This document shows, in pieces, positions 31,801 to 39,193 of a stretch of 39,193 bases of DNA (positions within the stretch are counted from its first letter, which is position 1; each line of letters opens with the position of its first letter). The stretch comes from Proteromonas lacertae (taxonomy: Eukaryota). Location: contig NGBS01001183.1 in the NCBI GenBank assembly GCA_002245135.1, positions 62,001-101,193 on the forward strand. Reading direction: 5' to 3'. The notes beneath the pieces were generated by a model. It saw only the letters and a list, made by a program, of their open reading frames with translations, did no database searches and was not told where the DNA came from. Made by a program: the position numbers and the translations under genes.

Positions 31801-34099
31801 ATATTCAATTATCTCTTTTATTGTTTCATTCAATTTTTCTATCTCACAATTTTCATTCTTCTTTATGTTCAAATGATAACCTCTTCCATATTTCATCTTT
31901 AATTCTAATGAAGTTCCTTGGGCTTGAATTAAACCTCCAGACATTACTGCTATTTCATCTCCTAATGCATCAGCTTCTTCCATTGAATGAGTTGTTAGGA
32001 TTATTGTTTTGTTCTTCTTCTCTTCTTCTAATAAATTCCATACTTTTCTTCGATTATAAGGATCTAATCCAGTCGTTGGTTCATCTAATACAACTATCTC
32101 AGGATTTCCTATTAAGGATAATATCAATGATAATCTTCTCTTTTGACCTCCACTGAATGTTCCAACACTTTCTTTCATTTTAAATGTTAAACCAACTGTT
32201 TCTAATAATCGCTTACCTTCTTCTTGAAGATCTTTCTCTTTCAATCCTTTCATACTTCCATATAATAATATATGATCCATTGGAGTTAATTCATCATATA
32301 ATACATCAAATTGAGGACAAACACCAAGACTCTTTCTTACTTCATCTTTATTATTTACTATACTAAAACCATTCACTACTATATCACCACCATCTTCATT
32401 TGGAGTTAATAATCCTATTGTCATATTCAATAATGTTGTTTTACCTGCTCCATTATGACCTAATAAGGCAAAGATTTCATTTCTCTTTATCTTTAGATTT
32501 ACTCCTTTCACTGCATTAAATTCATTCTTTTTACCTTTATTGTAGGTTTTATGAATATCCTCAATTATTATACTGTTTGATTCATCTTTATTACTGTGTT
32601 TTGCATATATTCTCTTTCGATAATAAGATGGCATTAAAAAGTAATAAAATGGTAATGGAGTTTCTAAGTTTTGTTGAACTACATTAGTTAGATATAAAGC
32701 TAAAAGCATATATAAAACTACACACATTGACATTACAATCAATGCATCTTGTAAATAATCACTATACATATTCAAATTATTCCAATCTAAACCTCTTTGA
32801 TATGCTTCTCCTTCTGTTAAATCATGAATGAATATAGCTATATTTATTATATATAATATAATGTATTTATACTGTAAGGAGTAAGTGGCAATAGAAAGAA
32901 TATTCCAACTATCACTCGATGAACATCATAAGCAATCATCGCATATTCAATCACATAATAGAAGGCTGGAAATATTGTAATCAAAGCCATTGAGATATAG
33001 ATTATTGAATTAGTTTTATTGATTATTGCACTTATTACAAATGAAAATGTCATTGTCTCAAGTGATACAATATAAGAAACAACCCAGAATAATCCATAGT
33101 TCGTATACTTCACTACTCCAGCAATATAACATCCTAGAATAAGTATTGAAGTTGGAACTATTGCCATACTATTTCAAATATTAACCAAGAAAACCAATAT
33201 AAAAGTCCACTCATCCCATTCATTGATAACATCTCCTTTATTCCACGTTCTTTTTCACTACCAATTAGTCTAGTTGTACATTGTAATGTTCCATGAGTGA
33301 AAGATAAAAACAACATTGGTAGAATATATTGCTGAATATTCACCACTGCTTCAGATGATAGGAATCCAAATCGACTAGATGACTATTTAGTATATTTTAA
33401 GATATCTCATAATCATACCTGAATGAGAGAAGAAGTTAGTTTTGGACTGTTTTTTAGGTTATAGATTGATCTATAAATTATTTCTTCTAAGCTGGAAATT
33501 CCATTTAAGAAGAAAATGTATTCTTTCTGAAAAGGGATCTGATTATACTCAAGTCGAGCAGCTGAAGCATCATTTTGTGTAAAAATACCATAGTTAGTGG
33601 TATAGTTATATCTCAGAGCAAAGCGAGGATTTTCTTCTGAGTAACCACTTAAATCAAGTGTAGGCGAATAATGTGGATGGATTTTTCTCATAATTACTAT
33701 ACATAGCATCATAGGAATTAAATCCAATTAAAATCCCTTCACTTACACCAATAGTTCTATCAAATTACAAAGATTTATATACTTTTCTATTTCTGTTACC
33801 AATCGTTTTGTCGCATCATTCTGAGGATAATATGAAATAAATCTAGCTACTTTGGAACACTAACAGAATATTTTCTAGAAAACATACGTCTATCATATTT
33901 TGAGGATTTGATGCTGGAATAGAAGGAATTTGAACCAGCTCAGGATCAAAATTGAACTTGACAGCCATAACCAAAATACAACATAAATTGGTAAGAACAC
34001 TTCCATAAATATCGTAGTTGGGCTTCTCATATATAGAAGTGCATTCTTCTTTAACAGAATCACCATCTGTTTTAGCACAGGAACACTTTTTATTGTCAT
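28894..34099 (-). CDS. Full-size ABCA-subfamily transporter (2 TMD + 2 NBD), about 11 introns, several frameshifts in the 5' part
   Basis: LLKKNALL..R at the N-terminus, EKERGIKE, two NBDs (GHNGAGKTT/SGGQKRR/LDEPT and GENGAGKTT/SGGNKRR/LDEPS), TTHSMEEA, SLEDVF/ALDDVF. Stop at 28894-28896. Confidence 0.92.
29202..29225. repeat. (TAA)n microsatellite inside an ABCA intron
   Basis: Direct read; it explains the spurious poly-L/I/N runs in the ORF track. Confidence 0.8.
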
Positions 34100-34559
34100 T
34101 GTCGTTAAAATAAGATTTTTTATTTCATTGACAATTTGTCCGTTTCATTCATTAATCATTTAGACAATTACCTTAAAACAAAAAATTGTCAGAAGTTAAA
34201 AAGTATTGATTTATTATTTATTTTTTATGATGTATTATTATATAGAGTATTTTATAGTTTTAAGAAGAAATCAACAAAAGTGTACTTATTGATATAAATG
34301 TTTATATTAATATCACATATAAGGTATTGTGAAGAAATCAAATCAAATTATGATATATTAGAAGCATTTTTAGAAAAAGCAAAATTGAGATTCTTGATCA
34401 AAAACAGATGAAAAGTTGTTAAATCAGGTTTATTCTGGAATGTAATAGAATAATATGATATAATGATGTGTTCAAGTAATAGATATGTTGTTTTTGAAAT
34501 TTGAATTGTTACATATAACATGTGTTAATGGTATTTTTGATATTTTTGATGATTTCTCT

Positions 34560-34982
34560 ATGACAATATCAGATAATGTGTGTGTATACTCCTCATGACC
34601 TCTTTGACGTACAATTCTAGTCAAGTTGATGATGTTAATAATACGAAAGTATAAAAGTATGATTTTAAGAGTGTTTAGTATATTCTGGATTGTCAGAATA
34701 TCAAATATAAATTAATTGATGGATCATTAGAGAAAATAAGCTTATGAGAATGCAGTTATTTAAAATAAGTGGTATGTTTGAATTGTGTCTAGTTGAATAG
34801 GTTTGCAAGGCAAATATCCACAAATTTTCTTAATTGTTGAAGGTAATATTAAATTTATTGGCGAATATAAGGACATTCAACAATTAATAGAAAATGATCA
34901 TTTAGATAGTTCTTATTTATCACAACATCCTGAAGTAAAGACCTTTTCAAATGAATTTGCTAAAATTCCAAGAAAAATATAA
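34560..34982 (+). CDS. SH3BGR/glutaredoxin-like small protein (2 introns, 2 apparent frameshifts; absent from the ORF track)
   Basis: Reconstructed ...ILLMTSLT..YILDCQNIKYKLIDGSLE.NKLMRMQLFKISGLQGKYPQIFLIVEGNIKFIGEYKDIQQLIEND...; introns 34649-34678 and 34772-34800. Confidence 0.7.
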
Positions 34983-35018
34983 ACATAAATAATTATAAAT
35001 AAAACATTGTTGTGTTTA

Positions 35019-36240
35019 TTATGTATGCGATGTTAATTCTTCTTCAGTATTTTCTATTTCATCAATTTTGCCGTTATTAGCTTTATTCAAAAATTAGGGA
35101 ATGTTTTTGGTAATTGTGGAATATTAGGTATTGTTTTTTCTTCCTTTATCTTTTTCTTATCGTCACACTCAACATATCCATTACTATATACTATAGTTTG
35201 TTTCGGTTTAGGCCTTTGCTTTAAAACAGTTTCTAATTCATTAATCGTATTCTGAGTTGGAGGTTTACTAATATTAATAACTAAATTACTCATTTTAATC
35301 TTTTCTATTGGTTTAGTTGATGAATATCCCTGAAATATATCTTCTTTTAATTCATTTATTTCATTCATATTATTTTCACCTGCTATACTCTGATAATTAT
35401 CTGTATGATATTCTATACCCAAATCACAATCATTACTATTATGAATTGGATTGATATTCATTGAATTATCTTCTAATACTTCTTCAGTTTTGACAGTATT
35501 ATAATTTTCATATAATTCATGCAGTTTATGTAATTTTGTCACAATATTTGATATATCATCATTATTTATTTCTTCATTTTTATATTCTATTGTTTTATAG
35601 CATGAATATAACTCACATTGTAATTCATATAAGAATGAATCTGTTTTATTTTCACAACTAATAATAATAACAATATATAATACTCTATTGTCAGTTGTTC
35701 ATATTTCTTTCTTTCTGTGATTATTTCTTTTATAGAATCAATTAACAACTTAAATATATTTTCATTATAAGATGAAAATGATAATAAATATTTAAATACT
35801 GATAATAAATGACTAATATTCGATAGACTATAATATTCAACATCATTCTCAGAAAATGAAATTAACGAATGAGGAATTTTTGAAGGTTCAATAGATAATT
35901 TCAATTGATTTATCAAAGCCATAGCTTGGTTTATCAACAATCTTCTAAATGGAAGAACTACAATAATAATTCACTTTAAATATAGATACTGTGTGTTGGG
36001 GCTTTATTTTCTCTTTTATTTGATTTATTTCTATTCTTTCAATTGGAGGCAACTTTGCTGATAAACTATATCCTTTATTTATTAGATAATATTATTATAA
36101 ATACCTTTATCACAACACGATTCTTCTAATAAAATTCTATATATACTGTTGAATTCCATAATATAAACTTCTGCAATGCTTTTTATTATCGCTTGTCTAT
36201 CAATGAATTGATTTTCTTCATCATTTTTATCTTCCATCAT
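35019..36240 (-). CDS. Hypothetical protein (about 3 introns, probable frameshifts)
   Basis: ORF pieces 35587-35940 and 35087-35542 join in frame across a 26-nt GT-AG intron. Upstream exons start MMEDKNDEEN. The 3' end is uncertain (35087 or 35019). Confidence 0.55.
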
Positions 36241-36314
36241 CACCAATTTTTTATTTGAATTATCAAACCTGTTTGAATGAAAGATTCTATTTGATTTTTT
36301 TATGTTTTTGTAAG
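36241..36314. promoter_or_regulatory. Putative bidirectional promoter (74 nt)
   Basis: Head-to-head starts; inverted pair TCAAAC-CT-GTTTGA at 36263-36276. Confidence 0.5.
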
Positions 36315-39193
36315 ATGAAAGGGATATCTATGCTCAAAAATTTGGTCAGCAGTTTTGTTGACGAAATAGCTAAGAATTATGATATACCAGAAAAGCCTGC
36401 TGCCTCTGGTGGTCCTGGTTTTGGTTGGCAAGTATTGCAATGAGTTTATAATTATATAGATATTTCCTGGTACGAGTAAAGCTACAAAAGAAAAGGTTTG
36501 TGTTTTTGTATTCGATAAAGATAGTCAATTGAAAGATGTACCAAAGAATATGAAAGAACAATTAATGGATATATATAGACGTGATGCAAAGAAGTTAAGA
36601 ACGTATAAAATTTATTGTTTATTTGGTTAGTCTAAGACATCCAAATGTAATTAGAGTTGTGGATGTATTAGAAGAGAATAAAAAATATATCGCAGTAGTA
36701 ACGGAGCCAATATTATGTTCAGTGGCTATATATGTAAGAATTTTACAAATATTCCATTTGATTCTGTTCCTATGGAGCTTAAGTCTCAAATTTAACACCA
36801 TTTGAAAATAACATGTGGTTTAGTATATAATATAAAAATTATTTCTTTTTTAATAGATGCATTTAACAAATGCAGTATCATTCCTTCATAAAACAGCCAA
36901 AATTGCTCATTTAGATATATGTCCACAAAATATTTATATAACACCCAATGGTACATGGAAAATAGGTGGTTTTGGTTTTGCTTCTCCATTAGGAGCTGGT
37001 GAAGATCATCCTTGTCCATACTTTGAAAATGGTGTTCAAGTATAACATATTGTTATTGCTATTATATATAGTCTGCCGGTCGTTTTACTTTACAACCTTG
37101 CTTACCCTATTGTGCACCAGAATTAACAGTAACAGGTTCTTCAACTTACAATAGTTCAAGTGATATGTGGAGTCTAGGTTGTTTAACATGGTCATTATTT
37201 ACTTTAGGTGAAAAAGAAGATGGTTCATTACCGAATTAATACCAGTTGATGATAATAATCCATTAACACATCAATATCGTTCAAAAGCAATATTTCCACT
37301 TAATCTTGATCATTGTCCTGATGTAGTTAAACAACCACTTAGAAAATTAATTGAAATTTCTCCAATTAATAGATTGACAGCTGATGAATATCTTTCAACT
37401 CCATTCTTTGATAGTGGTCCAGTTCATACAATGAAAACAATTGAATCTTTATTAGAGCAAGATATTGACACTCAGATTAATGTTTTATCTTCATTATATA
37501 AGCAATTAGAACCATTTCCTGTTAGTTTATTACAGACTATGATTTTAACTCCAATTGTTGAAGTATATATTTTATTAATATATAATTTTCATATAGCTTG
37601 CAAAAAGTGAGAATTTACATCCATATGTTCTTCCCAATTTATTATTCATTACTTCAAAAGTTGATAGTGAAACATTTACAGCCAAAATTGCACCATCTTT
37701 AGTACCAATCATAACACGAGAAAAGGACACATCTGATAGAAGTAACAGTGTTTAATGATAATAATCAATTCATTGGAAGATGTATTAAAGAAAGCAAGTC
37801 CTGCATTTATTAGAGATTATATTACTCCTCATGTTATTACTAAATCATTGAAAAGTGGAGTTAAAGAAATACAGGAAAATGTATTAGATTCAATGGATTG
37901 TATTACTAAGTTAGTTGATTTTAGAACAATTCAGACTGTTATATTTCCACAGTATATTTATAATTAAAATTATTAATAAATAGAATTCAACAAATGGCTG
38001 GTAGTTGTAATAGTATAGCTGTAAGATTAAAATGTATAAATTGTGTATCAAAAATATTTAAATCATTTGATAAAGTTGCTGTTCAAGATCAAGTGTTAGG
38101 AATGTTGAAGAATGTATATTTGTTTATATAACGAATATAATAGATTATTATAGAGATCGTCAAGCTGTAGTTTTAATGGCTGTTTTAGAGTGTTATGATG
38201 CTGTTTCTGAATTCTTAGGTCCTGAACCAACATCCAGATTGATTTTACCTAAATTAGTTTATTTATTATATGAAAATGCATTGAATGAAGATCAATTTGA
38301 AAGATTTATTTCTACTATTAGAGTATATCATTATGATTATATATATATATATATAGAAAATGATAGATGCAATTCATAATGATAGAATAGTGACAATCAG
38401 AGAAACACAAAAGATATCTGTATCAATGGAGAATGGTACAGGTAATGACATGTTTACTGCAAGAAGTGGAAGTAGTGATTTTACATCTCAATTCCAACAA
38501 TTAGGAAATAATAGTAATTCAATGGGAATAGGATATGAAATGAATGATGGAATGATTAGTAGTGGATTTGATACATCCAAACCTTTACCTCCTCCACCAC
38601 TGCCATCAAAACCCAAACCACCATCATTACCACCAAACCACCATCTGATCCATTTGGTGAATTGGGAAGTACATCTTCAGCCAATAACAACAATAGCAGT
38701 GATTTATTTGGTGGAATGAGTAGTAATGATAATGATATGGGTAATATGAATAATAATAATAATAGTGATATGTTTAGTGATATGTCAACTAATAATAATA
38801 CAAGTTCTGATATGGGAATGTCATTAGATATGAATAATGAACCAACACATCATCATCTTCAATGGATATGTCAATGCCTTCAATGTCTTCAACAAGTAAT
38901 AATTCTTCAGATATGATGATGGGAGGTGGTTTTAATGATGATATATTGAATGTAGCTGGAAAGAAACCTGCTGCACCTAAGAAGAAGGTTGTAATAAAAG
39001 CAAAACCAAAGATTGTTGGTAAAGTATCAGGTAGTAAACCACCAGCTCCTAAAGCTGTTATTAAATCAACTAATAAACCAAATCTTGATTTTGGAGAAAT
39101 AGGAGGTAGTAGTGGAGGTAGTATGGGGATGGATATGAATATGAATATGGGAAGTGGAGGAATGGATATGGGTAGTAGTAGTGGAGGTATGGG
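36315..39193 (+). CDS. SCY1-like (SCYL2-type) pseudokinase with HEAT repeats and low-complexity tail; runs off the window
   Basis: ASGGPGFGWQIF, VCVFVFDK, LRTLRHPNV, VTEP, FLH..IAHLDICPQNIYI..WKIGGFGF, YCAPE and SDMWSLG. About 8 short introns and several frameshifts. Confidence 0.85.

Noticed and set aside
34227..34445. Possible small intron-containing gene on the + strand
   Set aside because: Intron-like GT..AG pieces exist, but I could not build a consistent frame or recognise a product.
38500..39193. Met/Gly/Asn/Ser-rich repeats as a separate gene or repeat element
   Set aside because: Best explained as the low-complexity C-terminal tail of the SCY1-like kinase, broken by indels.
1..39193. 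Alternative genetic code (stop reassignment), CRISPR array, transposase, tRNA/rRNA
   Set aside because: Long ORFs read in the standard code and TAA, TAG and TGA all end genes. Breaks are explained by introns or indels, and no such elements were recognisable.

Overview
This is a very AT-rich, gene-dense eukaryotic nuclear window with about 40 tiny spliceosomal introns (mostly 22-45 nt, GT..AG) and degenerate TGTTTGTT-like motifs after genes. The pattern fits a Blastocystis-like stramenopile (inference, not proven). The left part (1-11.3 kb) is an almost intronless, tightly packed cluster of glycan synthesis and modification genes: several signal-anchored glycosyltransferase-like proteins, UDP-sugar pyrophosphorylase, an HtrL/YibB-like protein, GT92, GT2 and a bacterial-type OafA/YrhL acyltransferase-SGNH. 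The right part holds intron-containing housekeeping genes: TRRAP/Tra1, NMT, SmF, EMC4, organelle-targeted SHMT, full-size ABCA, SH3BGR-like, a hypothetical gene and SCY1-like kinase. The most notable detail is in TRRAP. Its frame is restored only by a U12-type AT-AC intron (22682-22749), which itself contains a U2-like 27-nt GT-AG intron, making it a candidate intron-within-intron. Many single-base frameshifts at 33-38 kb are probably assembly errors. All family calls come from recognising motifs by eye; no searches were run.
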